A stretch of 64,000 nt of DNA from Candidatus Eiseniibacteriota bacterium. GTDB lineage: Bacteria; Eisenbacteria; RBG-16-71-46; CAIMUX01; VGJL01. Positions within the stretch are counted from its first letter, which is position 1. Every line of letters starts with the position of its first letter. The notes below the pieces were generated by a model, which saw nothing but the letters and a program-made list of their open reading frames with translations, was not told where the DNA came from and did no database searches. The DNA lies in NCBI GenBank assembly GCA_041946735.1, contig JBHGAY010000009.1:64001-128000 (forward strand), given 5' to 3'. This document shows, in pieces, positions 38,781 to 49,723 of the stretch. The position numbers and the translations under genes were made by a program.

Positions 38781-41714
38781 ATGAGTCGAAGGGAGTTCGA
38801 TGAGGAGGGCCCCGGCCGGGTCTCCGGCACTTCCCAGAACGAAGCCCAGGACGAGGCGCTCGGGCGCCGGGCGGGACTGAAGTTCCGCCGGTATTTCACG
38901 AAAGCAGGGATCGACCCTTTCGATACGGTCAGCTGGGACATGCGGACCGCCGTGATCACCAATGAGTCCGGGGATGTGATCTTCGAGCAGACCGGTGTCG
39001 AGTTCCCGCGCACCTGGTCGGTGATCGCGACGAACGTCGTAGCCTCGAAGTACTTCCATGGCGCCGTCGGATCCCCGGAGCGCGAATCGAGCCTGAAGCA
39101 GGTCATCCGTCGCGTGGTGGACACGATCGGCCGCTGGGGCCGTGAGCTCGGCTACTTCCATGCGGACGAAGATGCCGATGCGTTCCACGAGGAGCTGAAG
39201 CATCTGCTCCTCTACCAGATGGCCGCCTTCAACAGCCCGGTCTGGTTCAACGTGGGGATCGAGGAGAGGCCCCAGTGCTCCGCCTGCTTCATCAATTCCG
39301 TGCAGGACACGATGGCCTCGATCCTCGATCTGGCGAAGACCGAGGGGATGCTCTTCAAGTGGGGCTCGGGCAGCGGGACGAACTTCTCCAGCCTGCGGTC
39401 GAGCAAGGAGAGGCTCTCCGGCGGCGGCACCGCCTCGGGTCCCGTCTCCTTCATGAAGGGGTACGACGCGTTCGCGGGCGTGATCAAGAGCGGCGGCAAG
39501 ACGCGGCGCGCCGCGAAGATGGTGATTCTGGACATCGATCACCCCGACGTGCTCGAGTACATCCGCTGCAAGGCGGAGGAAGAGAAGAAGGCGTGGGCCC
39601 TCATCGACGCAGGCTACGATGGCTCTCTGACCGGAACCGCCTACTCCAGCGTCTTCTTCCAGAACTCGAACAACTCCGTCCGCGTGACCGATGATTTCAT
39701 GCACGCCGTGGAATCCGACGGGATCTGGCAGACGAAGGGCATCCTCAGCCACGAGCCGATCGACACCTACAAGGCGCGCGACCTGTTCCGCGAGATGGCG
39801 GAGGCGGCCCACATCTGCGGCGACCCCGGAATCCAGTTCGACACCACGATCAACACCTGGCACACCTGCCCGGTGACCGGGCGGATCCGGGCGTCGAATC
39901 CGTGCAGCGAGTACATGTTCCTCGACGACACCGCCTGCAATCTCGCGAGCCTGAACCTCATGCGGTTCCGCACGCCGGGCGGCGATCTGGACGTGGAAGC
40001 GTTCTCCCACGCGGTCGCGACGCTGATCCTCGCGCAGGAGATCCTGGTCGACTGCGCCTCGTATCCCACTCCGCAGATCACGCAGAACAGCTACGACTAC
40101 CGCCCGCTCGGGCTCGGCTACGCGAACCTCGGCACGTTCCTGATGGCTCGCGGGCTGCCGTACGACAGCGACGCGGGGCGCCACGTCGCGGCGGCGATCA
40201 CGGCGTTGATGACCGGCCAGGCATACAAGACGTCCGCGGAGATCGCCTCTGTCACCGGCCCGTTCCGCGGCTTCGCGCCGAACCGTGAGGCGATGCTGGG
40301 GGTGATCGCGCGCCATCGCTCGCACGTGAGCAAGGTCGATCCCTCGGTCGTTCCCGAGATGCTGCTCAACCGCGCGCGCAAGGCCTGGGACGAAGCGCTG
40401 GAGCTCGGCGAGCGCTGGGGATACCGCAACTCGCAGGTCACGGTCCTCGCTCCGACCGGGACGATCGCGTTCATGATGGACTGTGACACGACCGGCGTGG
40501 AGCCCGACATCGCGCTGATCAAGTACAAGAGGCTCGTCGGCGGCGGCGTGCTCAAGATCGTCAACCAGTCGGTGACCGAAGCGCTGGAGTACCTGGGCTA
40601 CGACGAAGGACAGCGGCGCGAGATCCTCGAGTACCTCGACGCGAACGAGACGATCGAGGGAGCGCCGGGACTCTCCGCGGAGCACGTCTCGATCTTCGAC
40701 TGCGCCTTCAAGCCCCGCAACGGCGAGCGCTTCATCGGACCGATGGGACACGTCCGGATGATGGCGGCCGTGCAGCCGTTCCTCTCCGGCGCCATCTCCA
40801 AGACGGTGAACCTGCCGAACGAGACGAGCGTCGAGGAGATCGAACAGGTCTACCTGGAGGCGTGGAAACTCGGACTGAAGGCGATCGCCGTCTATCGCGA
40901 CGGATGCAAGCGCACCCAGCCGCTCAGCACCTCCCTGTCCGAGGAACCGCGCAAGGCGGCGACGGGCACGGAGACAGGAGCCGGGACGGGAGAGGAAGTG
41001 TCCGCAAGGACGGGCGCCGTCGCGCCGGGAGCGACGGCGGGCTCGAGCCCGGCGAGCGCGAGCGGTCCGGTGCACCCGGTGCGTCGCCGGCTCCCGGACG
41101 AGCGAGCGGCGATCACCCACAAGTTCTCGATCGGCGGGCACGAGGGATACATCACCGTCGGCCTCTACGAGGACGGCCAGCCGGGCGAGATCTTTCTCGT
41201 GATGGCGAAGGAAGGGACCGTCGTCTCCGGGCTCGTCGATTGCTTCGCGACATCGATCTCGATCGCGCTGCAATACGGGGTGCCGCTCAAGGTCCTGGTC
41301 GACAAATTCGTCCATACGCGCTTCGAGCCCTCCGGAATCACCTCGCATCCGGAGATCCGCTTCGCGAAGTCGATCACCGATTACGTCTTCCGCTGGCTCG
41401 CCCTGAAGTTCCTGCCGGATCACGAGGCGGTTCGCAACGGCAAGACGAACGACTTCGGCGCGGAGATGCATCGCGCCGAGGGAATGACTCCGGCGGCGGC
41501 GATGGCGGCGACGTCCACGTCGACATCCACGCCGGCTTCGACCTCCGCCTCGAGCTCCGCGGGCACGCCGCCCGGCGGGGCGGAAGAGCCGCTGGCGATC
41601 TACCAGATCGCCGACGACACGCCTCCCTGCCCCGTCTGCGGATCGCTGATGGTCCGCGCCGGCAGCTGCGCGCGCTGCTTCAACTGCGGAAGCTCGAGCG
41701 GCTGCGCCGGCTGA
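38781..41714 (+). CDS. nrdJ: Vitamin B12-dependent class II ribonucleotide reductase with C-terminal TSCPD-like domain and Zn ribbon
   Basis: FNSPVWFN, QCSACFI, SNPCSE, APTGT, SKTVN, RRRLP...GEIF, CPVCG...CFNCG; AGGAGG SD. Confidence 0.95.
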   Translation: MSRREFDEEGPGRVSGTSQNEAQDEALGRRAGLKFRRYFTKAGIDPFDTVSWDMRTAVITNESGDVIFEQTGVEFPRTWSVIATNVVASKYFHGAVGSPERESSLKQVIRRVVDTIGRWGRELGYFHADEDADAFHEELKHLLLYQMAAFNSPVWFNVGIEERPQCSACFINSVQDTMASILDLAKTEGMLFKWGSGSGTNFSSLRSSKERLSGGGTASGPVSFMKGYDAFAGVIKSGGKTRRAAKMVILDIDHPDVLEYIRCKAEEEKKAWALIDAGYDGSLTGTAYSSVFFQNSNNSVRVTDDFMHAVESDGIWQTKGILSHEPIDTYKARDLFREMAEAAHICGDPGIQFDTTINTWHTCPVTGRIRASNPCSEYMFLDDTACNLASLNLMRFRTPGGDLDVEAFSHAVATLILAQEILVDCASYPTPQITQNSYDYRPLGLGYANLGTFLMARGLPYDSDAGRHVAAAITALMTGQAYKTSAEIASVTGPFRGFAPNREAMLGVIARHRSHVSKVDPSVVPEMLLNRARKAWDEALELGERWGYRNSQVTVLAPTGTIAFMMDCDTTGVEPDIALIKYKRLVGGGVLKIVNQSVTEALEYLGYDEGQRREILEYLDANETIEGAPGLSAEHVSIFDCAFKPRNGERFIGPMGHVRMMAAVQPFLSGAISKTVNLPNETSVEEIEQVYLEAWKLGLKAIAVYRDGCKRTQPLSTSLSEEPRKAATGTETGAGTGEEVSARTGAVAPGATAGSSPASASGPVHPVRRRLPDERAAITHKFSIGGHEGYITVGLYEDGQPGEIFLVMAKEGTVVSGLVDCFATSISIALQYGVPLKVLVDKFVHTRFEPSGITSHPEIRFAKSITDYVFRWLALKFLPDHEAVRNGKTNDFGAEMHRAEGMTPAAAMAATSTSTSTPASTSASSSAGTPPGGAEEPLAIYQIADDTPPCPVCGSLMVRAGSCARCFNCGSSSGCAG

Positions 41715-41732
41715 TCCCACCGGTTCCGCTGT

Positions 41733-41766
41733 CGTGCCGGGGATCGCGCAGGCGATCCCCGGCACG
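41733..41766. other. 15-bp GC hairpin between nrdJ and pduO (no U tract)
   Basis: CGTGCCGGGGATCGC-gcag-GCGATCCCCGGCACG. Confidence 0.7.
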
Positions 41767-41785
41767 GCGCTGAGGAGACACCGGG

Positions 41786-42385
41786 ATGAAGATCTACACG
41801 AGGACCGGCGACGGCGGTGACACGGGGATCCTCGGCAGCCAGAGGGTGCCGAAGAGCCACGTCCGGATCGACGCCTACGGCGAAGTCGACGAGCTGAACT
41901 CCCTGCTCGGCTGGATGCGAGCCGGGATGGAGGATCCGGCCGTCTCCTCGCTCGTCGAGTCGATCCAGGGACTGCTCTTCGAGGTGGGGGCCGAACTCGC
42001 CCGGCCCCCTTCGCCATCCGGTGTGGCGCACGGCACACTGCGCGAAGAGGACGTGACCGCGCTCGAACGGGCGATCGATCGGATGGAGTCGAACCTCCCG
42101 CCGCTCTCTGCCTTCGTCCTTCCCGGGGGAAGCGAGGCGGGATGCCGCGCACACCTGGCTCGCACGGTCTGTCGCCGCGCCGAGCGCGCGGTCGTCCGGC
42201 TTCTTCTCGAAGAACCGTACGAGACGCTCGCCGTCCGCTTCCTGAACCGCCTCTCCGACTTCCTCTTCGTTCTCGCGCGCAAGCTCAACCAGGATGCGGG
42301 AGCCACCGAGAAGCCGTGGGTCGCGCGCAGGCGCGGGGGCGCGCCGGCGTCCGGCTCGGAGTCGTCCCGGCCCAAAAGCGATTGA
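41786..42385 (+). CDS. pduO: PduO-type ATP:cob(I)alamin adenosyltransferase
   Basis: MKIYTRTGDGGDT, YGEVDELNS, RTVCRRAER, NRLSDFLF. Confidence 0.93.
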   Translation: MKIYTRTGDGGDTGILGSQRVPKSHVRIDAYGEVDELNSLLGWMRAGMEDPAVSSLVESIQGLLFEVGAELARPPSPSGVAHGTLREEDVTALERAIDRMESNLPPLSAFVLPGGSEAGCRAHLARTVCRRAERAVVRLLLEEPYETLAVRFLNRLSDFLFVLARKLNQDAGATEKPWVARRRGGAPASGSESSRPKSD

Positions 42386-42453
42386 CCTTCCCGCCGCGGG
42401 AGAAGAACCTGGGGTGGGTTTCGTCATGGCGTAGGGACGTGAGGAGGTCCGGG

Positions 42454-42921
42454 ATGGAAACGCTCCATGCGATCGCGAACCGGGACGTCAGCAAGCTCAC
42501 CCTGCTGGGCGTCCCCGACCGGCCTGGAATCGCCGCCGAGATCTTCGGCAAGCTCGGCCTTCAGGGTTTCAACATCGAGCTCGTCGTCTCCACGGGGGCG
42601 GACGGCGGCCGCGCCGACATCTCGCTCGCCATCTCGCGGAGCCAGGAGGAAGCGGTCCTGCGCGCGCTCGAGGTGTTGCGCGAAGAGGTCGGCGGGATCT
42701 CGATCGCCGTGAACTCCGGCGTCGCCCTCGTCAGCATCATCGGCCCGCATCTCTCCACCGAGCCGGGCATCGCCGGACGGATGTTCCGCGCGTTGTCGAA
42801 GCAGGGGATCAACATCGAGGTGATCTCGACCTCGATGTCCTCGGTCACCTGCATGATCGGCGACGAGTGGACCGAGACAGCGCTTCGGGCGCTTCGAGAG
42901 GAGTTCGGCCTCACGGCTTGA
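42454..42921 (+). CDS. Stand-alone double-ACT protein (aspartokinase regulatory-subunit-like)
   Basis: GVPDRPGIAAEIF...NIELV and VSIIG...PGIAGRMFRAL...INIEVISTS; GAGGAGG SD. Confidence 0.82.
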   Translation: METLHAIANRDVSKLTLLGVPDRPGIAAEIFGKLGLQGFNIELVVSTGADGGRADISLAISRSQEEAVLRALEVLREEVGGISIAVNSGVALVSIIGPHLSTEPGIAGRMFRALSKQGINIEVISTSMSSVTCMIGDEWTETALRALREEFGLTA

Positions 42922-43074
42922 GGCGCGGAGCGGCGCGCCCAGCGGCCGCGCCGGGAGCTCGCCGGGGCGCCTTGGCCCTGTGCCGGGGGCTCTGCTACGA
43001 TCCGCTGTTCCGCAATGATCCGTTCGAACTTCCCCATGGTTCGAACTTCCCCGTACCCGACGGCAGGAGGACCG

Positions 43075-44757
<1,683 letters not shown>

Positions 44758-44809
44758 TCGCCCCAGTCGCCGAGGCGTCGAGGGACACCGGGCAGGAAGG
44801 GAGCCGTCC

Positions 44810-45670
44810 ATGGCCGAGGAGATGGACCGGCGGTCGCGGGCCCTCCCGCTCGACCGGCTCGGAGTTCCACAGGAGCGCTTGCGTGAAGGCCGGTCGCCGG
44901 TTCTGCTCGAGCCACGCGACCTGTTGATTCTGCCGCAGCCGGGCGGCCGCGCCGCCGCGCATGCGAGTGCGAGCGCAGGCGCGAGCGCAGGCGCAGGCGC
45001 GGGCGTGGGCGGCGCCGCGACGGACCCCGGGCCGGGTCCCTATCCTACGGTCGTCTGCTTCCATGGGATGGCGATGCGCATCGAGCCGATGATTCGCTGG
45101 ATGTCGGACCTCTTCGACACGCCCTGGGCATGGCTCTTTCTCGAGGCTCCGTATCCGGTCGAGCGCAAGATCGGAGGCGTCCGCACCATCGGCTACGCCT
45201 GGTACGCGTTCGACGGCGACACGCCGGCGTTTCGCGACAGCCTCCGGAGAAGCGAGGCGCGGGTGTTGAGCCTTCTGCCCGATCGCGCCTCCGCATGGAA
45301 CCTGGACGTGACGCGGATGGTCGTGCTCGGCTTCAGCCAGGGGGCCTACTTCGCGGGCAGCGTCGGACTCCGCCATGCCGAGCGGTTCCGGGGCATCGTC
45401 TGCGCAGGCGGGCGCATCCGGCCGGCGTATTCCGGACGCTCCCCGGAAACCGTCCCGAAGCTGCCGATCCTCTTCCTTCACGGGCGCGACGACGCCACGA
45501 TCCCGATCGAGGACGCAAGGTCGGCGGCCGAGGAGATGCGAGGGCTGGGCTTTCCTGTCGAGTGGCGGGACGTCGAAGGGCGGCATCGATGGAACCCGGC
45601 GATGTCGGAGGCTCTGCGACCTTGGCTGAGCGAGCGCTTCACCGAGGCAGATCCCCCTGGATCCCGATAA
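44810..45670 (+). CDS. Alpha/beta hydrolase (phospholipase/carboxylesterase family)
   Basis: CFHG, YAWY, GFSQG, HGRDD, GRH. Confidence 0.85.
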   Translation: MAEEMDRRSRALPLDRLGVPQERLREGRSPVLLEPRDLLILPQPGGRAAAHASASAGASAGAGAGVGGAATDPGPGPYPTVVCFHGMAMRIEPMIRWMSDLFDTPWAWLFLEAPYPVERKIGGVRTIGYAWYAFDGDTPAFRDSLRRSEARVLSLLPDRASAWNLDVTRMVVLGFSQGAYFAGSVGLRHAERFRGIVCAGGRIRPAYSGRSPETVPKLPILFLHGRDDATIPIEDARSAAEEMRGLGFPVEWRDVEGRHRWNPAMSEALRPWLSERFTEADPPGSR

Positions 45671-45675
45671 TTCCC

Positions 45676-45877
45676 AAGAAGAAACCCAGGGGCTCTTCGA
45701 ATCTCCTCTCGGATCTTCGTCCCGGATGACCGTCTCCGGGAACCCCTGGGTTCCGGTTACCTGTCGAGATTCCGCAGACGACCTGGCTCAAGCCATACGA
45801 CTGCGGCCAGGCCGCCTAGCGTTCAGGCACCTCACGGGTCTTGGATTTCATAGATTGGACCACCTCCTTTCTCGTGT
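45676..45877 (-). ncRNA. Putative structured small RNA carrying an sORF (unknown family)
   Basis: Own promoter, extended SD, competing hairpins, 13-bp closing stem followed by UCUUCUU; ends inferred. Confidence 0.55.
45816..45851 (-). CDS. 11-aa small ORF MKSKTREVPER
   Basis: AGAAAGGAGGTGGTCCAATCT-ATG AAA TCC AAG ACC CGT GAG GTG CCT GAA CGC TAG. Confidence 0.5.
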   Translation of the reverse strand: MKSKTREVPER

Positions 45878-45883
45878 ACCGCC

Positions 45884-45912
45884 AACATAGGATGAGACAA
45901 CGAGCGCTGCAA
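45884..45912 (-). promoter_or_regulatory. sigma70-like promoter of the small RNA/sORF
   Basis: Minus strand TTGCAG-N17-TATGTT, 11 nt before the extended SD. Confidence 0.6.
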
Positions 45913-45940
45913 GAAGGATGTCGCTGGAGGGCGAACGGGC

Positions 45941-46450
45941 ATGCAGGAGGAAGAAACGTCGCCGTGCCGGCGAGAATCGCGAGCAGGACCGAAGCGGAGA
46001 CGCCCGGCCGAGGCAGGCCCGACCGGGAGCGCCGGGACAGTGATCGTCTACGACGCATCCTGTCCGATCTGCCGAGCGACGGTCCGTGCGCTGCGTGGCC
46101 TCGACGCCGACCGCCTCTTCGAGTACGCCGACGCCTCCGATCGAGACCGGCTTCGCCGCGACGTCCCACAGGTCGATCCCGGGCAAGCGATGGAGAAGAT
46201 CCATGTCGTCCTTCCCGGCGGAGGCGTGCGCGCGGGATTCAGCGCCTTGCTGGCGATCGTTTCGGCGCTCCCCGGCTGCCGTCCGCTCGCTGTGGCCCTC
46301 GGCCTGCCGGGGATCCGCTGGATTGGAGAGAAGGCATACGCCGTGTTCGCGCGTCACAGACCGCGACGAGGAGGAGGACGAGAAGGAGGACGAGGAGATA
46401 CGCATGCCGTGCGGGAAGGCGAGCCGCGCCCCGGTGGACGGGAAGGGTAG
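45941..46450 (+). CDS. DCC/DUF393 thiol-disulfide oxidoreductase-like protein
   Basis: IVYDASCPIC (DxxCxxC), ...YAVFARHR. Confidence 0.85.
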   Translation: MQEEETSPCRRESRAGPKRRRPAEAGPTGSAGTVIVYDASCPICRATVRALRGLDADRLFEYADASDRDRLRRDVPQVDPGQAMEKIHVVLPGGGVRAGFSALLAIVSALPGCRPLAVALGLPGIRWIGEKAYAVFARHRPRRGGGREGGRGDTHAVREGEPRPGGREG

Positions 46451-46796
46451 AGGCGAGCAAAGCGAGGCGGTGCGGAAAAGAAGGAAGCATGGCTGCCGGC
46501 GCGGAGGGGGGATGCCACAAGAGGATGGACAGCCATGCGAGGGACCGCAGGCGCATCGTCGCGCGGAAATGGGCACGGTCCAAGCCAATTCCCTGTCATG
46601 TTCGCGATCCTTCGACCGCGCGACGATGCGCTTCGCTCTCCGCCGTCCAGTTGAGCAGACCGGAGGGGGGACGAGCAGAGCCGAGTCGAGTCGAGCCACC
46701 AAGTCGAGCCGAGCCCCCGAGGCGAAGCGAAGCGATCAGCAGGCCTCCGCGAGGCTTGAAGCTCGATTCATTCCCGCCGCATCGCGTTCCTCCTAA

Positions 46797-49364
46797 TCAC
46801 GCGCATCCCCGTGATGCGTCCCCACCCGCACCGTCCGAAGGCGAAGCAGGGGGCTTCGCGCTCTCCGGGTCCGCGATCCTCTCTCCTTCCGGCTCGCGTT
46901 CCTCCGCGCTCGCCGAATCTCCGGGACCGGGGAAAAGGCCGAGCCGCTTCATCTTTCCGATCAGCGTCGTTCGGCTCAGTCCGCCCAGGGAGCGGGCGGC
47001 GCGCGTGCGGTTCCACTCGTTCTCCTCGAGCGCCTTGACGATCAGCCGGCGCTCGAGGTTCTCGAGGAACGGCTCGAGGCCTCCTGCGGCGCTCACGTCG
47101 TAGGGATCGAAAGCCTCTTCGGCATCGATCGTCGCCGGCAGCCGTTCGAGGTCGATGCAGTCCGCCTCGATCCGGTCCCGTCCGAGAGCGAGGGTGAGAG
47201 CGAGCGCCTTCTCGACGACGAAACGCAGCTCGCGCACGTTGCCCGGCCAGGCGTGCGCGAGAAGCCGGTCGAGCGCTTCGGGAGTCGGGGAGGGGCGGGG
47301 ATCGTCCGGCCCGGCGAAGAGACGCACGAAGTGGTGCACGAGGAGTGGCACGTCCCCCATCCGGTCGCGTAGCGGGGGCAGGTCGATGCGAAGGCCGGAA
47401 AGGCGGTAGTAGAGGTCGCGCCGGAACTCGCCTCGGCGGATCTGTCCCTGCAAGTCGGCGTTCGTCGCCGCCAGCACGCGCGCGTGGATCTTGCGCGTCC
47501 GCGTCTCGCCGACGCGGCGCACCTCCCCCAGCTCCAGAACGCGCAGCAGCTTCACCTGCGCGCGCGGCGTCATCTCCCCGATCTCGTCGAGGAGCAGCGT
47601 GCCCCCGTCCGCCGCCTCGAAGAGGCCGACCTTGTCGGCGATCGCGCCGGTGAACGCGCCGCGGACGTGCCCGAACAGCTCGCTCTCCTGCAGCTCGGCG
47701 GGCAACGCCCCGCAATTGACGGCGACGAACGGGCCGCGGCTCGCAGCCGCCCGGTGGAGGGCGCGAGCGAGAACCTCCTTGCCGGTTCCGCTCTCGCCGA
47801 GGATCAGCACGGGGATCGCCGTGCGTGCGAGCGACTCGATCGGCTCGAGCGCCCCGAGGATCCGCGGGTCGGCGGTGACGAACCCCAGCTGGGACACGCG
47901 CCGCGCGCGCGGCACGCGAGGTGGTCGCGCCGCAGCCGCGGCGGGCGCGGCGGCGGCCGCGCGCTCGCATTCCCGAAGTCCTTCGAGGGCGACGTCGCAG
48001 CGCCACGCGAAGCGGCTCTCCCCGAGCCGATGGAACAGCAGGCGGGCCTCGAGCAGAGACTCTTTCGCCCCCTCCCGCAGGTTCGGCTCCCAGCGGCGCA
48101 CGAGGACCGCTTCGGCGCGCTCCAGCAAAGTCCCGGCCAGCTCTCGCGAGGCTTGGACGCTGCGGTGGAGATCTTCGGCCCATTGGAACTCCGCCCAGGC
48201 GCGTTCCTCCTCCCCATCCTGGAGAGCAAGACGGGCGGCGAGCCGCCGCAGGCCCGCCAGGGCGAATCGATAGGCGGCGCCGGCGAGCCGCGCTCCATCC
48301 ACGCCGGCGGGCAGGACGTCGGAGAGGACCGCACGCGCCTCGGCCGGCATGCGGCGCTCGAGCAGGACCTCGGCGAGGAGGCTTGCCGCCTGCATCCCCG
48401 TCTCTTCGTCCCACGATCCCTTCTCGGCCATCGCCGCCCCACCGCCGCACACGGGGACGTCCGCCTGGACAGAGGCGGCGCTCGCTTCGCGGCAGGCGGC
48501 GCTCGCCTCGCAGCAGGCGGGGGCCGCTTCTCGGCAGACGGCGATCGTTTCGCGGCACGCGGACTCCGCCGCCTCCAACCGTCCGGAGAGAGACAGCAGG
48601 CGCGCGGCGGCGAGACGCGCGCGGGCGCGCAGCTCCGGGATCCTCTCGAGCGCCGGCTCGCCTTGCAGGCGGTCGAGCATGCGGCGCGCGGCGGGCAAGT
48701 CGCGGGCGTCAAGATAGACGTTCGCCGCGGTGAGACGCGCGCGCCCGCGCAGAGCCCAGTGGACCGGGGTCGACCTCGGTCCTCCCCCGCCTCGGAGCAG
48801 CCGCAAGGCGCGCGCCAGGTGGCGTACCGCGCGCGGCGGCTCTCCTGCCCCGGAGGCCGCCAGCGCCTCGCCGATCCGCAGCAGCGCCTCCTCCTCGCCG
48901 CCGCGGCGAGCGAGCGGCACGAGCGCCTCGAATGCCTCCCCCGCCGCCGTCCAGCAGCCGGCGGCGAGGAGCGAGCGGGCGAGGGCGAGCCCGGTCACGC
49001 GGAGCGAGGGTCGGTCCTCGTGCGCGAGCGCGAGCGCGTGCAGGCGGACGAGCTGGGAGCGGACGTCGCCGGCGCCATGCGGCGCCGCGGCGGTCGCCAC
49101 CCGTTGCTCGAGCTCATCGGCCTGCCGCTCCAGATCGAGATCGGCGGCCGGCGACGCCCGCTCGACGGCGTCGGACGTTGCGACATCCTCGAAGAGCGAA
49201 CCGCAAAGGATCGAAGCCGCGGCGAGTGTCGTCGCGTCGCGCTGGGGGACGAGCTCCGTGGGCCCCTCGAATGGCTCGGGCTGCGGAGCTGCGACAGGTT
49301 TCAGAGACACAAGAGACACGAGCGAAGCGAGCGAAACGGGGGACCTCTCCTGGATCACGGCCAC
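46797..49364 (-). CDS. sigma54-dependent enhancer-binding protein with long helical/TPR-like N-terminus
   Basis: [43 protein letters not shown], Fis-type HTH. Confidence 0.92.
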   Translation of the reverse strand: MAVIQERSPVSLASLVSLVSLKPVAAPQPEPFEGPTELVPQRDATTLAAASILCGSLFEDVATSDAVERASPAADLDLERQADELEQRVATAAAPHGAGDVRSQLVRLHALALAHEDRPSLRVTGLALARSLLAAGCWTAAGEAFEALVPLARRGGEEEALLRIGEALAASGAGEPPRAVRHLARALRLLRGGGGPRSTPVHWALRGRARLTAANVYLDARDLPAARRMLDRLQGEPALERIPELRARARLAAARLLSLSGRLEAAESACRETIAVCREAAPACCEASAACREASAASVQADVPVCGGGAAMAEKGSWDEETGMQAASLLAEVLLERRMPAEARAVLSDVLPAGVDGARLAGAAYRFALAGLRRLAARLALQDGEEERAWAEFQWAEDLHRSVQASRELAGTLLERAEAVLVRRWEPNLREGAKESLLEARLLFHRLGESRFAWRCDVALEGLRECERAAAAAPAAAAARPPRVPRARRVSQLGFVTADPRILGALEPIESLARTAIPVLILGESGTGKEVLARALHRAAASRGPFVAVNCGALPAELQESELFGHVRGAFTGAIADKVGLFEAADGGTLLLDEIGEMTPRAQVKLLRVLELGEVRRVGETRTRKIHARVLAATNADLQGQIRRGEFRRDLYYRLSGLRIDLPPLRDRMGDVPLLVHHFVRLFAGPDDPRPSPTPEALDRLLAHAWPGNVRELRFVVEKALALTLALGRDRIEADCIDLERLPATIDAEEAFDPYDVSAAGGLEPFLENLERRLIVKALEENEWNRTRAARSLGGLSRTTLIGKMKRLGLFPGPGDSASAEEREPEGERIADPESAKPPASPSDGAGGDASRGCA

Positions 49365-49723
49365 CTCTCGGAAGTGCGCCCCTCGGCCGGGCCGGCCATC
49401 GAGGCGCGGTTACCAGCTTGCGACATCAGGACTTCGGGAGGCTGGTGCCGGGGACTGCCGGAACGATTCGTAGCTCCGGCCGTCCCCGAGCGGGCATCCG
49501 GGGGGCGAATGCCTTCTACTGCTATAGCAAGACTCGCACCGGGAGCGGTGAGTGGCCGGCCGGCCAGCCAGCCAGCGGCTGCGAGGCTGCGGAGGGGAGA
49601 GCAAGCGCGGGCGTCCGAGTGCGGGATGGACTCGCTCCGGTGCGGCGGATACCGTCGCTCTGTCGCGAACGGCGCGCCGCCTCACCCTTCGCGGAGAGTG
49701 CGGCAGGAAGGCGAGACCGATCG

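Noticed and set aside
38781..41714. Intein in NrdJ
   Set aside because: No intein splice-junction or homing-endonuclease motifs; extra length is due to linkers and the C-terminal domain.
45853..45872. 16S rRNA gene fragment (plus strand resembles the 16S 3' end)
   Set aside because: Only about 20 nt match and the flanks are not rRNA-like; better explained as an extended SD on the minus strand.
45676..45877. tmRNA, SRP, RNase P or 6S RNA
   Set aside because: No tRNA-like ends or CCA, no Ala-ending tag, and no SRP or RNase P signature seen; an Rfam scan is still needed.
49365..49723. sigma54 promoter next to the bEBP gene
   Set aside because: No convincing TGGCAC-N5-TTGC found by eye.
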